A stretch of 64,000 nucleotides of DNA from an uncultured Cytophagales bacterium (GCA_945957555.1 CAMFLX010000001.1:114229-178228), one strand, 5' to 3'. Positions 10,501 through 20,461 are shown, numbered from the stretch's first letter. Numbers and translations are program-made. The notes: generated by a model from the letters alone, not told the origin.

Positions 10501-11318
10501 TCAATGTCTCGTTGATCGTGCCAAAAGACATCTCTTACAAAGTTGGTAAGGGCCTCATATTGACTTATGCAAAAAATGATAGTAGTGATTTAGACGCGGC
10601 TGGGGGATATGAGAATTTTTACATTGGTGATTCAGATGACAATGTTCCTCAAGATATGACTCCACCTGTAGTTAATTTGTTTTTAAATGATACAACTTTT
10701 CTGAGTGGCGGAGTGGTACCTCAAAATTCGACTTTTATTGCTAATATTTCGGATGAAAGTGGGATAAATTTATCCAGATCTTCTGTTGGTCATGAAATTG
10801 TAATGACTATAGATGGGGATGCCAAAAACAGTATTATTCTTAATGATTATTATATGGCTGAGACAAATAGTTTTAGTAAAGGTAAGGTTGTTTTTCCATT
10901 AGGTAATTTAAAGGAGGGACAGCACTCTATAAGTTTAAAGGTTTGGGATACATTTAATAATTCAACCACAGAAAGTACCCAGTTTGTCGTGTCAAAAGAT
11001 GATATAACTATAGGTGTTGTAGATGATATTCCAAATCCTTACGGTGATTTTAGTAATTTTTCTTTTGGTCATAATAGACCAGGGGAGGATTTGTATATGC
11101 AAATACAAATAGCAGATATTCAGGGAAATATAGTTCGTGAATTATATTCAGATATCCCAGCGGCAAGTGCAGTTGTAACAGGAGCTGACTGGAAAACAAA
11201 AATAAATCAAAACCAACACAATATTTCATCAGGTTTGTACGTTTATATAATGTTATTGAAATCGAAATACGATGGCTCTACCACTAGTAAAGCTGAAAAG
11301 CTTGTTTTTATTAAATAA
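7515..11318 (+). CDS. porU: type IX secretion system sortase (peptidase C25)
   Basis: 1267 aa with signal peptide; GDWYKI, YNEFSSG, SDDYYG, IGVGRLP, catalytic YSGHG and TATCEF, KVWDTFNN; directly upstream of porV. Confidence 0.92.
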   Translation: MKKYISAFIALLVFYSGAQTYTIQWKTPTILTIIGGGETKTLDFENTSEVDPIRKIGYFVIKIEGEVNSVDFTKVEYVSCSKEEELLLDANQFSNKIEFETRTSTARTQIYSFINLVPIVKGANGKLYKIKKFNLNVSQKQTGNTKLAKKAVISKNSVFSTGDWYKISVNKTGVYKLDLDYIKSIGIPVTVDPNSLQTFGFGGLLPERNADNADFYDIPEIPMFFVGNQDNKFDASEYFLLYLEGPNPIVSKGDVDQKKNIYSDKTFFFITHSQKTGKRITNKAAQLNYDLEYDYYDFIYRHEQDETNYIHSGRDWVGESLVTNPILNFDVDIPQLMPNTEVLVTGKIQGSNDNATTCAISFNGEAFNYTLYNRDNGLDFNRILVRSFDFNQTLNSDDIAGTINLNIKYSKVTSVDKANLDYFQITGKAKLVFDGNYLNFRNIDAVGNNYSKYSMSTTKNGAQIWDVTKTSNIQSIPITKESLGISFIDSSNQYKEYVIVDPSAEFDAPVFVEKTENQNISGSDVPDLLIVAYPAFMDAAERLASFRRSHDGYDVLVVSVDKVYNEFSSGRQDISGIRNLAKCLYDRDPSKFKWLLLFGACSFDYKDRIGNNTNFVPIYETINSSDLILSYQSDDYYGLLDNNEGNTLIGGMLDIGVGRLPVRNTEEANAVVDKLIHYSSSKLTFDKWRNNLSFVCDDGDGNLHMNSTEQLINEVEKYNSAARINKLYLPLYPEISTPIGQESPALSQRLMDEINRGTFLLNYSGHGREIGWAGENIITIETIRNLKNIDKLFFLITATCEFGRYDDPNNFSSIEQAILNPNGAAIATIGATRPVFASSNLRVNTSMMRFLYEKVDGKYNTIGDIMRKSKNDGASVIIDENVKNYGLLSDPSLTLNYPKYDIMIDSILNEDNTQKDTLKALSKAQIKGSIVNNGSIQDNFNGILTLTLYDKELDKLSKYDPASGDNAYDPSYIKTIIKTRESIIYQGNAVVKNGRFNVSLIVPKDISYKVGKGLILTYAKNDSSDLDAAGGYENFYIGDSDDNVPQDMTPPVVNLFLNDTTFLSGGVVPQNSTFIANISDESGINLSRSSVGHEIVMTIDGDAKNSIILNDYYMAETNSFSKGKVVFPLGNLKEGQHSISLKVWDTFNNSTTESTQFVVSKDDITIGVVDDIPNPYGDFSNFSFGHNRPGEDLYMQIQIADIQGNIVRELYSDIPAASAVVTGADWKTKINQNQHNISSGLYVYIMLLKSKYDGSTTSKAEKLVFIK

Positions 11319-11353
11319 CTGGTTAATTTTACAAATCGAAGTATAGCGTAAAT

Positions 11354-12586
11354 ATGAATTTTAAAAATTTTTCAATTGCTCTCTTAGCCTTTACGTTTGG
11401 TGCAAATGCACAAAATGTCGGTAATGCCTCCGCTAAAGTTGATAATACCTCGGCAACACCAATAACTGTAGGCCAACTCAATGGGGATAATAGGCCTATT
11501 ACTACGGCCGTACCCTTTTTGAATATAAATCCAGATCCACGTGCTGGCGGTATGGGTGATGCTGGCGTTGCTACATCATCAACTACTAATGATATTTATT
11601 GGAATCCAGGTAAACTTGCTTTTAATGAAAAGAGCATGGGTGGTTTGGTGACCATGAATCCATGGCTTAGGAACATTGTTTCAGATATGTGGATCGGAAA
11701 TGTGGCAGGTCATTATAAAAGAAAAAAGGAGGAAGCTTTTGGAATAAATATGACCTATTTTAACCTCGGCAAAATAGAGTTCAGAAATGACCAAAATATA
11801 CCGCAAGGAACCTTTACGCCAAGAGAATTTACGATTGGTGGTGCATATTCCAGAAAATTAAGTGAAAAGTTTGGATTGGGTTTAGGTTTAAAATATGTGT
11901 ACTCAAACTTAACTGGTGCATTTGTGAGTGATGTAAGACCTCTTAATACTGCTGCTGTAGATATTGGCGTGTTCTACACTACCCCACTTCAAGTGAAAAC
12001 TAGTAATAGCACACTGAGTTTTGGTGCCAACGTAAGCAACTTAGGTGGTAAAATAAAATATGTGAGTGGAGGAGACAATAGTAAGAAAGATTTCTTGCCC
12101 ATGAACTTAAGAGTAGGTACTGCTTATACCCACGAGTTGGACATGTATAATAAAATTACCATTGCTCTAGATTTTAATAAGCTTTTAACCCCATCGCCAT
12201 TGATCATAAAAGGTAAAGATGGGACAGATTCGCTTTTATATTATCCAGATAAAGGTTTGATGTCAGGTTTGTTCGGATCATTTTCAGATGCACCAGATGG
12301 TTTGAAGGAAGAGTTAAGGGAAATTACAACAAGCTTAGGCTTTGAATACACTTATAACAATATTTTCATAGCTCGTGCAGGGTACTTTAATGAAAGTAAA
12401 TACAAAGGAGGAAGAAAATATATATCTTTTGGTTTCGGGCTTAGGTATAATGATCTAGGATTTGATTTTGCATATTTGGTTGCTCAAGGTAAGTATAACA
12501 ACGCTCTGGGTGGTACGCTTAGGTTCTTAGTAGCTTACACACTGGATGTTAAAAAAGAACCTGGCGAAGAAAAAATTACAGAATAA
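11354..12586 (+). CDS. porV: type IX secretion system outer-membrane protein PorV
   Basis: ITTAVPFLNINPDPRAGGMGDAGVAT, WNPGK, SFSDAPDG, RAGYFNE..KGGRKY. Confidence 0.93.
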   Translation: MNFKNFSIALLAFTFGANAQNVGNASAKVDNTSATPITVGQLNGDNRPITTAVPFLNINPDPRAGGMGDAGVATSSTTNDIYWNPGKLAFNEKSMGGLVTMNPWLRNIVSDMWIGNVAGHYKRKKEEAFGINMTYFNLGKIEFRNDQNIPQGTFTPREFTIGGAYSRKLSEKFGLGLGLKYVYSNLTGAFVSDVRPLNTAAVDIGVFYTTPLQVKTSNSTLSFGANVSNLGGKIKYVSGGDNSKKDFLPMNLRVGTAYTHELDMYNKITIALDFNKLLTPSPLIIKGKDGTDSLLYYPDKGLMSGLFGSFSDAPDGLKEELREITTSLGFEYTYNNIFIARAGYFNESKYKGGRKYISFGFGLRYNDLGFDFAYLVAQGKYNNALGGTLRFLVAYTLDVKKEPGEEKITE

Positions 12587-12608
12587 AAACAAAAAATCAT
12601 ATTAAGAT

Positions 12609-12634
12609 AATCCCGCAAATCTGCGGGATTTTTT
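12609..12634 (+). terminator. intrinsic terminator after porV
   Basis: AATCCCGCA-aatc-TGCGGGATT followed by a T-run. Confidence 0.75.
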
Positions 12635-12644
12635 ATTTTTGGAT

Positions 12645-13913
12645 ATGGATAGAACAATAGCACCAGTTATAAACCCTCTTTCTGGTTTTAAACTTCAAGA
12701 AGCAGAGCAAATTGTACTCAATAATGGAATACGCCTGCATACAATTAATAACGGTGATCAACCATTGGTTAGACTTGAGGTCGTGTTTGAGGCTGGAACC
12801 AAATACGAGAAAAAACCAGGAGTATCGTTCATTACTTCCAAAATGTTGCAAGAAGGCACAGAAAGATTTACCGCTGCGCAAATTCAGGAGAATATTGCAA
12901 GCTTGGGGGCATTCATAGAGATCAATCATGGTACTGAGCGTATCAGCCTTACCTTTTATTTGTTAACCAAATATGTTAAAGAGTTTTTGGTTATCCTTGA
13001 GGAGATTATGCTTCGTCCTATTTTTCCAGAAGAAAACTTTAAAAATATCGTTAACATTGCTACCAATAACATCAAAGTAAACCTTCAGAAAAGTAGTGTA
13101 GTTGCGGCCCAAGAGTTTAAAAAGCTATTATATGGCGAAAACCATTATTATGGATACTCCGTACAAGAGCAGGATTTATATGTTGTAACAATTAATGATG
13201 TAACAGATCATTATAAAGACCACATAAAAAATTCTGAATTTGAGGTGTTTATCGCAGGTTGTGTAGATATTACTTTAAGTAATGTTTTGAAATCTTTTTT
13301 TGAGAAATTCCAAAACAGGAAAAGTGAAGTGATTTCTAAAAGTACCATTAAAATAGTAGAAAACCAAGAAAAATTGGTAGAAAAAACAGATGCGCTTCAG
13401 TCGTCTATTAGAATTGGACGAGTAACATTTCCACGAGTTCATGAAGATTATTTTAAAACCTTGGTTACAAATGAAATTCTGGGTGGCTATTTTGGCTCTA
13501 GGCTCATGAAGAACATTCGTGAGGAAAAAGGTCTGACTTATGGAATAAGTTCACAATTGGTAAGTCTTGAAGAATCTGGTTATTTCGTAATTGGCACTGA
13601 CGTGAAAAAAGAATTTACGAGACTGGCCTTGGACGAGATTTATAAAGAAATTGAAATCATGAAAACCCAAAGTATACCAGAGGATGAACTTGAAACAGTG
13701 ACAAGTTATATGCATGGGAGTTATTTAGGTTCCATAAACTCGGCTTTCGCATTGATGGATAAATACAAAACGATTCATTATGCAAAGTTGGATTACGACT
13801 ATTTCAACCAGTATATCCTCACACTTAAAACGATTAAGCAATCGGATATCCAAGAAATGACTCAAAAATGGTTTTTGGGTCTTAATGAAATTGTGGTTGG
13901 TAATTACCAATAG
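12645..13913 (+). CDS. M16 (pitrilysin) family protein, probably a non-catalytic subunit
   Basis: ILGGYFGSRLMKNIREEKGLTYGI motif; no HXXEH (SKMLQEG at the equivalent position); ATG at 12645 preferred. Confidence 0.85.
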   Translation: MDRTIAPVINPLSGFKLQEAEQIVLNNGIRLHTINNGDQPLVRLEVVFEAGTKYEKKPGVSFITSKMLQEGTERFTAAQIQENIASLGAFIEINHGTERISLTFYLLTKYVKEFLVILEEIMLRPIFPEENFKNIVNIATNNIKVNLQKSSVVAAQEFKKLLYGENHYYGYSVQEQDLYVVTINDVTDHYKDHIKNSEFEVFIAGCVDITLSNVLKSFFEKFQNRKSEVISKSTIKIVENQEKLVEKTDALQSSIRIGRVTFPRVHEDYFKTLVTNEILGGYFGSRLMKNIREEKGLTYGISSQLVSLEESGYFVIGTDVKKEFTRLALDEIYKEIEIMKTQSIPEDELETVTSYMHGSYLGSINSAFALMDKYKTIHYAKLDYDYFNQYILTLKTIKQSDIQEMTQKWFLGLNEIVVGNYQ

Positions 13914-13918
13914 ATCCG

Positions 13919-14899
13919 ATGAAGGCCAGTGTTTTTAAATACAGCCCAGTTGTTTGTGAAGTTCAACAAGTGGAATTGAGTGTTTGTCATGATTTTCTTC
14001 TTGAAAACAGTTTCATCTATTGGTTTGACTTTGAGGGTAAACCAGACCAGGACCTATTTTGTGGTTTTATTAAACACATCATCCCTTCTATCGAAATCAA
14101 TGTGAACAAACTGATCAGTTCTGAATTGAGCCATTTTGATGATCATAAAGATTGGGCAGCCGTAACTCTGAAAATGATGGATTACGATAGCAAAGAGAAC
14201 AAAATCAATTATGAGGCCATAACTTTGGTATTGATCAAAAATGTGGTGATTAGTATACAAAGTGATATATTAGGAGACCATTTCGAAGAAATAAGGGATA
14301 AGATTAAATCTATGAAGTCAAGCCTTAACCAGAGAAATGCTGAATATCTATTTGTGAGGCTGATTGAATCCATAGAAGCCAATTATCATAAGATTATTAA
14401 TGAGATTAATGAAGATTTGTTGGAAATAGAGGCATTCATTCCAAAGGCGACGAATATCACCGAACTCAAATCTTTGTTCATGATTAAGCGTGAGTTGCTT
14501 TTCCTAAGAAAGAATACAAGCCCTCTCAGGGATACCTTATTTCAGATGCTCAATAGTGAGGAGTATCAGTTTTCTAAACCTAATCAAAAGCAGATTAAGA
14601 CTATTTATGAAAGACTCATCTATGTGGTTGATAATATAGATTTGAACCGTGATATGTTATCGGGCATGTTGGACTTTCATATCAGTAGTAACGGATACAA
14701 GATGAACAATATCATGAAGGTTCTGACCACCATATCTACGATCTTTATGCCACTTGGATTTTTGGCAGGGTATTATGGCATGAATTTTCAAAATTTACCT
14801 CTACTCAACGAGCCGTACGGATATTTGTGGGTGACTTTGGTAATGTTGGGTATAGGTATGAGTATGTTTGTGATGTTCAAGAGGAGAAGGTGGATTTGA
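13919..14899 (+). CDS. corA: CorA-family Mg2+/Co2+ transporter
   Basis: MNNIMKVLT..F.P..FLAGYYGMNF (GMN motif) with two C-terminal TM helices. Confidence 0.88.
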   Translation: MKASVFKYSPVVCEVQQVELSVCHDFLLENSFIYWFDFEGKPDQDLFCGFIKHIIPSIEINVNKLISSELSHFDDHKDWAAVTLKMMDYDSKENKINYEAITLVLIKNVVISIQSDILGDHFEEIRDKIKSMKSSLNQRNAEYLFVRLIESIEANYHKIINEINEDLLEIEAFIPKATNITELKSLFMIKRELLFLRKNTSPLRDTLFQMLNSEEYQFSKPNQKQIKTIYERLIYVVDNIDLNRDMLSGMLDFHISSNGYKMNNIMKVLTTISTIFMPLGFLAGYYGMNFQNLPLLNEPYGYLWVTLVMLGIGMSMFVMFKRRRWI

Positions 14900-15042
14900 T
14901 AGGTTAGTATGGTTTCAAAGAATGTTACCTACCAACCAAAGCCATTCCATTGGTGATTTCATGACTCTATCCTCCTATTTTTTTAGTTCGGAGTATTTTT
15001 ATTAGTTTTGAACTTAGTTTATAAAATAATATTGATTTAATA

Positions 15043-15792
15043 ATGGGTCTTTTATCTGGAAAAACTGCCATAGTAACAGGGGCATCCAAAGGAATAGGTA
15101 GACAAATTGCGATAAGATTTGCCCAAGAAGGAGCAAATGTTGCCTTTACGTATCTTTCAAGTGTAGAAAAGGGACAAGCCCTTGAACAAGAGCTTTCTGC
15201 TTTAGGAATTAAGGCAAAAGGATATAGAAGTGATGCTTCTGATTATAAATCAGCTGAAGATTTGGCCAATCAAGTAGTGGCTGATTTCGGCGGAATAGAT
15301 GTATTGGTAAACAATGCAGGTATTACTAAAGATGGCTTACTGTTGAGAATGTCTGAGGAACAGTGGGACTCGGTAATTAATGTAAATTTGAAGTCTGTAT
15401 TTAATCTCACAAAAGCTTCGATTAAGACATTGATGAAAAACAAAAACGGTGCTTCGATCATCAACATAACGTCAGTAGTTGGGGAAAGAGGAAATGCCGG
15501 TCAGTCAAATTATGCAGCTTCAAAAGCAGGTATCATAGGATTTTCAAAATCTGTAGCATTGGAATTAGGTTCAAGAAATGTACGTAGCAATGCGATAGCC
15601 CCAGGATTTATTGAAACTGAAATGACTGGAGAGTTAGATCCAAACGTAGTAAAAGGCTGGACGGATGGCATCCCTATGAAACGTGCAGGTTCTGCTGATG
15701 AAGTGGCAAATGTTGCGGTGTTTTTAGCTTCGGATCTTTCGAGCTATGTTACGGGCCAAGTACTTTCTGTGAATGGTGGAATGTATACCTAG
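15043..15792 (+). CDS. fabG: 3-oxoacyl-[ACP] reductase
   Basis: TGASKGIG, NNAGITKD, GNAGQSNYAASKAG, APGFIETEMT. Confidence 0.93.
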   Translation: MGLLSGKTAIVTGASKGIGRQIAIRFAQEGANVAFTYLSSVEKGQALEQELSALGIKAKGYRSDASDYKSAEDLANQVVADFGGIDVLVNNAGITKDGLLLRMSEEQWDSVINVNLKSVFNLTKASIKTLMKNKNGASIINITSVVGERGNAGQSNYAASKAGIIGFSKSVALELGSRNVRSNAIAPGFIETEMTGELDPNVVKGWTDGIPMKRAGSADEVANVAVFLASDLSSYVTGQVLSVNGGMYT

Positions 15793-15803
15793 AAATATTT
15801 TCG

Positions 15804-15835
15804 GAGCTGGGACATCAATCCCAGCTCTGGTTTTT
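15804..15835 (+). terminator. intrinsic terminator after fabG
   Basis: GAGCTGGGA-catcaa-TCCCAGCTC then TTTTT. Confidence 0.65.
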
Positions 15836-15974
15836 ATCTATATATGTACATTACTTTTCCTTTAGGTTTTCAAGCTGCTTGAAAACAGTATGACCTACCA
15901 ACTCAAATACTACCGGAACTATTGCCTGATAGAGAATAAATGAAGAAATTTGGAAACTAAAAACACTCATTCAC

Positions 15975-18047
15975 TTGAACTATAGATTCATCATTCAGGC
16001 ACCTTATTGGTTTTATATCTTGGCTTTGGTTGTAGCCATCGCCTATGCATGGCTCTTATATTCAAAAAAGTATACTTGGTCTAAACCCATCAATTGGTCT
16101 TTGGCTGTTGTCAGAACACTACAGGTATTTATGATCTTATTTATCATTTCAGCCCCGCTTCTCAAGCAAAGCAGACAAGATATAGATAAACCCGTAATCG
16201 CTGTTTTGCTCGACAACTCTTCTTCTATAGCAGCACATACCAAAAATTTACCAGAAGTCATAAAATCTATAAACGAGTCTCAAAAAGCGAAGAGTGAGCA
16301 ACAAGACTGGGTGTTTTATTTACTGAATCAAAAGGTAAATACTGATAGCTTAAGTTTTATAAAATTTAACAATAGCAAAACCAATATTCAGGCGGCCATC
16401 AAAAATGTGGAAGAAGAGTTGGAAGGACAAAAGATCGCAGCGCTGGCGATCCTGAGTGACGGTAATTACAACCAAGGCATCAACCCCAATTTTATAGATT
16501 ATAAATATCCGGTATATACTTTAGGTTTGGGAGATACTACTTCCAAAAGAGACTTGAGTATTACTGGAGTTCAACATAATAAGATTGCCTATCTGGGCAA
16601 TAAATTCATTATAAACTACAAACTTAAGAATTCGGCCTTTGTAGGTGAGAATGTGACGGTGACCCTTAAGGAAAAAGAGAAGGCAGTCTATGGAAAGGAT
16701 TTCAAAATCACAAGGAATAAAGAAGAACAGACGGGTAGTATAACTCTGGAAGCGAAGCAAGAAGGTATGCTGCATTACGTACTGACATGTTCACAAAAGG
16801 AGGGGGAGTTTACCTTTTCAAATAATGAAATACACATTTACATAGAAGTTGTAAAAAACAAAGAGAAGATCTTGATCCTAGCTCAAGCACCTCATCCGGA
16901 TGTAAAAGCCATAAGCGCAGCATTAAACTCAGGGCAAAACTATGAGGTAGAGGTACATTTTGTAGGGGATAACCAAAACGTCAGTTTTGAAAATGTAAAT
17001 GCTGCAGTGCTCGTAGGTATTCCAAACAAGAAAGGTTTGGGCAATGAGGTGTACAATGAAGTACTGAGGCGTAAAGTACCAGCTTTTTATGTGCTCCAAT
17101 CCAATACTGACTATAATAAAGTTAACAATGCTCGGGCATTGACTATAAATATAAGATCCTTCGACAGTGATAAAGCGCAGGCCTCGTTGAATGAAAGGTT
17201 TGAGTCTTTTGGAATCGGAGAGATGGACAAAGAACTGATTGCACAATTTCCGCCTCTGAACGTACCCTTTGCCAACTATACTCTTAATGCAAATTCAGAA
17301 GTACTGCTTTATCAGAAAATCGGTAGTTCTGTGACACTGAATCCACTTTGGGTATTGGGTAAAAATGCCGAGCAAAAAACGGCCATAGTACTGGGTGATG
17401 GCCTTTGGATGTGGAGGATTAATGAAAAAAGCAAGACACAAGCCTCTACGACTTTTGATGAGATGGTAATAAAGACGGTCCAATTTATTGCCTCTAAAGC
17501 AGATAAGCGTAAATTTAAAGTAATTACCAACAATCAAGAATATGAAGAAGGTGATCTGGTTACTGTAGATACAGAGATCTATGATGATCTAAACCAATTG
17601 ACTTATGGCCATGAAATAGGTTTGGTGCTCAAAGACGAAAGCAATAAGGAGTTTAGATACAAATATGTGAATCAGGAAAGTAGTGATAAGTTTGAAGTGG
17701 GGCAGTTTGCACAAGGTTCATATCACTACACAGCCACTACACAGATCGCAGGCAAGAACTTGAGTTATTCAGGTGTGTTTAATGTAAAAAAACTCCAGTT
17801 AGAAGATCTTACTTCGGTGGCCGATCATCAGTTGCTTAAAGACCTGAGTTTGAAAACAAAAGGTGCCTATTTTGAAAAGGCGCAAGTGAAACAGCTCATG
17901 GAACGCCTGAGCAGTTTGAAATCTCAGGGCAAGGTAAGGCTAAGCGAGTCTTACAGTGACTTGATCAACATCAAATGGTTGTTTATAGCACTTTTGGTAT
18001 TGATTTCACTAGAATGGTTTTTGAGAAAGTATTTCGGTAGCTACTAA
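15975..18047 (+). CDS. membrane-anchored VWA-domain protein
   Basis: N-terminal TM helices, MIDAS-like DNSSS, LSDG, GLGD; C-terminal EWFLRK. Confidence 0.75.
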   Translation: MNYRFIIQAPYWFYILALVVAIAYAWLLYSKKYTWSKPINWSLAVVRTLQVFMILFIISAPLLKQSRQDIDKPVIAVLLDNSSSIAAHTKNLPEVIKSINESQKAKSEQQDWVFYLLNQKVNTDSLSFIKFNNSKTNIQAAIKNVEEELEGQKIAALAILSDGNYNQGINPNFIDYKYPVYTLGLGDTTSKRDLSITGVQHNKIAYLGNKFIINYKLKNSAFVGENVTVTLKEKEKAVYGKDFKITRNKEEQTGSITLEAKQEGMLHYVLTCSQKEGEFTFSNNEIHIYIEVVKNKEKILILAQAPHPDVKAISAALNSGQNYEVEVHFVGDNQNVSFENVNAAVLVGIPNKKGLGNEVYNEVLRRKVPAFYVLQSNTDYNKVNNARALTINIRSFDSDKAQASLNERFESFGIGEMDKELIAQFPPLNVPFANYTLNANSEVLLYQKIGSSVTLNPLWVLGKNAEQKTAIVLGDGLWMWRINEKSKTQASTTFDEMVIKTVQFIASKADKRKFKVITNNQEYEEGDLVTVDTEIYDDLNQLTYGHEIGLVLKDESNKEFRYKYVNQESSDKFEVGQFAQGSYHYTATTQIAGKNLSYSGVFNVKKLQLEDLTSVADHQLLKDLSLKTKGAYFEKAQVKQLMERLSSLKSQGKVRLSESYSDLINIKWLFIALLVLISLEWFLRKYFGSY

Positions 18048-18074
18048 ATTGATCTCTTAAAATGGGACAGCTTT

Positions 18075-19139
18075 ATGAGATTCTTGTTTATCGTACAGAC
18101 TGAAGGGCGTGGGCATCTTTCTCAAGCGTTGACCTTGGCCGATATCTTGGAAGCTCAATACCATGAAATAGTTACGGTGTTGATCGGCAGAAGCGAAAGA
18201 ACCGTTCCCCACTATTTTTTAGACCGTTTTGGAGTGAAGATTCAATACTTTGACAGCCCTAACTTTAGCTATGATAAACATAGTCAGGGCCTACATTTGC
18301 CTAAAACATTCCTAAACAATAGCCTTAAAATCCCCCAATTCCTCAAAAGCATAGCCTTTGTAAGAAAGCAAATACAAGCACACGATGTGGATATTGTAAT
18401 CAATTTCTACGAGATCATCGGAGCCCTAGCGCATTTTGGTTTGAGGCGCAAACATAAACACATAGTGCTCTCGCATCATTTTTATCTTACAGGCCCAGAT
18501 CATGATCTTGTTAGAGGAAGAAGATTAGAGACCTTTTTGTTGAAAAGCCTCAATGGACTTAAGGCGCGAAAAGCTGACAAGGTATGGGCGCTTTCTTTTA
18601 GAGAAGGGGAGGCAGGAAATAATGTGATTGTTATGCCACCATTGATCTCACAAGAGGTTCTTGAAGCAAAAGCAAGGAGGGATAATTATTTATTGGCCTA
18701 TTCTGTAAACAAAGGTTATGCAGAACAGATCAAATCTTGGCAGCAAAGAAACCCCGAGGTAGTCATTCATTATTTCTGGGATGGTAAACAAGACCAGGCT
18801 TGTGAAGAGGTACAGAAGAACCTGTTTTTCCATAAGCTCAACCGTGAGCTTTTTCTCGAATACTTGGTTAATTGCAATGGATATGTGAGTACTGCAGGAT
18901 TTGAAAGTGTATGTGAAGCTATTTATCTGGGAAAGCCTATTTTACTAATACCCGTAGATCAGCAACTGGAACAGGCCAATAATGCCAAGGATGCGTTAAA
19001 GACTGGCAATTGCATACAAGGAAGTTCCTTTGAACTTGACGATTTCCTGAAGTTTATAGAAAAAGATTTTACCAATGAACCTTTTAGGAATTGGGCAAGG
19101 TTAGCGCCTAAGCTGTTTTTAGAGCAGTTGACTTTATAA
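18075..19139 (+). CDS. GT-B glycosyltransferase (MJ1255/VC2487-like)
   Basis: VQTEGRGHLSQA, STAGFESVCEAIYLGKP, EQANNA. Confidence 0.85.
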   Translation: MRFLFIVQTEGRGHLSQALTLADILEAQYHEIVTVLIGRSERTVPHYFLDRFGVKIQYFDSPNFSYDKHSQGLHLPKTFLNNSLKIPQFLKSIAFVRKQIQAHDVDIVINFYEIIGALAHFGLRRKHKHIVLSHHFYLTGPDHDLVRGRRLETFLLKSLNGLKARKADKVWALSFREGEAGNNVIVMPPLISQEVLEAKARRDNYLLAYSVNKGYAEQIKSWQQRNPEVVIHYFWDGKQDQACEEVQKNLFFHKLNRELFLEYLVNCNGYVSTAGFESVCEAIYLGKPILLIPVDQQLEQANNAKDALKTGNCIQGSSFELDDFLKFIEKDFTNEPFRNWARLAPKLFLEQLTL

Positions 19140-19971
19140 AAACTGAGAAAGGAAATAAGAAACAGAAGGCTGTGATGCCTGCGTAGATAAAGTTGATCTC
19201 AAAAAACACGAAGTTGAAACCATGAAAAACCAACAACCAAACTAAATAATACTTCAGAAGTTTGTATTGAGGTACTATGAATACTGCAATCGTCTGTAGG
19301 AAAACGGCCATAAGCATGAGTAATACAGGAAGATAACCTAGATTGAGAAACACATCCATCCAATGGGGCATGGTCTTATTCACATCGTCGTGAAACAGAT
19401 ACGTCTGGTAATACAAAGCTTTGGGATGCAACCACGTAATTTCAGAAGTGAAGATAGACTTGTACAACAAGCCTAGAATTTTATAAAAACCAGCCAATGT
19501 ATACGTAATCAAGAGCCCAGACTGGAAATACTTGACAAATAATGAATTCAGCGTGGCTCTTTTGTAGCTGATCAGTAGAAAATGCGCCAAGAGAAACAGG
19601 TGATCTACATGGTCTATATAACCCAAGCTTAGCTTTAGGGTGTTGAGCACCATCAATACCAGTACTAAAAAAATCTGTAGATAAATGTTGTTTTGATCCT
19701 TGAGCAATGCGTAAAAACAAGCGAAACCAGCAAGGACAGTCACCGACTGATAAAATAATAAAGGCAAATGCGCGCTAAAAATAATTTGTGCAAACCAATG
19801 TAGCGGTTTTAACAGATCCTCGTCTCGAGCAAAGATCTTATGCAGGTGCATGAACTTCTGTCCCAGCCAAATTATGGTAAATGCATAAAAAATGCGTACA
19901 CCAATCTGAAAATCAAGAACTCTCTTCTCGTTTGCCAAAGGCTCAGATTTATATTTGAAAGATGTTTTCAT
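19108..19971 (-). CDS. polytopic membrane protein, HTTM/SdpB-like
   Basis: about 7 hydrophobic segments; GYIDH and QSGLLITYTLAGFYKI resemble the HTTM Q...Y..AG..K motif. Confidence 0.55.
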   Translation of the reverse strand: MKTSFKYKSEPLANEKRVLDFQIGVRIFYAFTIIWLGQKFMHLHKIFARDEDLLKPLHWFAQIIFSAHLPLLFYQSVTVLAGFACFYALLKDQNNIYLQIFLVLVLMVLNTLKLSLGYIDHVDHLFLLAHFLLISYKRATLNSLFVKYFQSGLLITYTLAGFYKILGLLYKSIFTSEITWLHPKALYYQTYLFHDDVNKTMPHWMDVFLNLGYLPVLLMLMAVFLQTIAVFIVPQYKLLKYYLVWLLVFHGFNFVFFEINFIYAGITAFCFLFPFSVFIKSTALKTA

Positions 19972-20396
19972 TAAAACTTGGCTATTAAATCTTCTTGAAA
20001 CAAACTGCTATCTCTTACGATCTCAGATACTTTATAGGACTTTGTACGAAGTTCAAAATCGTTATGGTCAGGATACATGGCTTTGGCCAAAGATCTCAAA
20101 TGTCCTATGCGTTTAGGGTTTTCAGCTATAGTGTTTGACAATTCATCAAAGAGATAGTAGGTATCGTCATAGTCAAAGTTGTTGCTGGACCTTAGAGGTA
20201 GCAGTTGCCAGGCCCCCTGTTGGTCTTTGCCATACAGATTGTAATGGGTGTAAGTATCAAAACTACAGATAGGTTGCGTGAAGAGCTTCCAACTGGTAAA
20301 GGGGTAGAGCTCACCCAGTCCCAGTTTTGGAGTAAGCAAGGTAAGCACTGAGGCCACTATGCTGATACCAATCAATATTTTTAAGTGTTTGACCAT
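19971..20396 (-). CDS. small N-terminally anchored protein with GELYPFTSWKLF motif (HTTM C-terminal/SdpA-like)
   Basis: one N-terminal TM helix, then ExxPFxxW/YxLF motif; stop overlaps the start of the downstream membrane gene. Confidence 0.55.
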   Translation of the reverse strand: MVKHLKILIGISIVASVLTLLTPKLGLGELYPFTSWKLFTQPICSFDTYTHYNLYGKDQQGAWQLLPLRSSNNFDYDDTYYLFDELSNTIAENPKRIGHLRSLAKAMYPDHNDFELRTKSYKVSEIVRDSSLFQEDLIAKF

Positions 20397-20461
20397 GTGC
20401 GTGTAAAAGTAGATAAAAAGAAAAAACTAAAAAATGATATTGATTTTTTATATTTGGCTAC

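Noticed and set aside
15867-15885. TTTTCAAGC-t-GCTTGAAAA palindrome between fabG and the VWA gene
   Set aside because: Short and isolated, with no supporting context.
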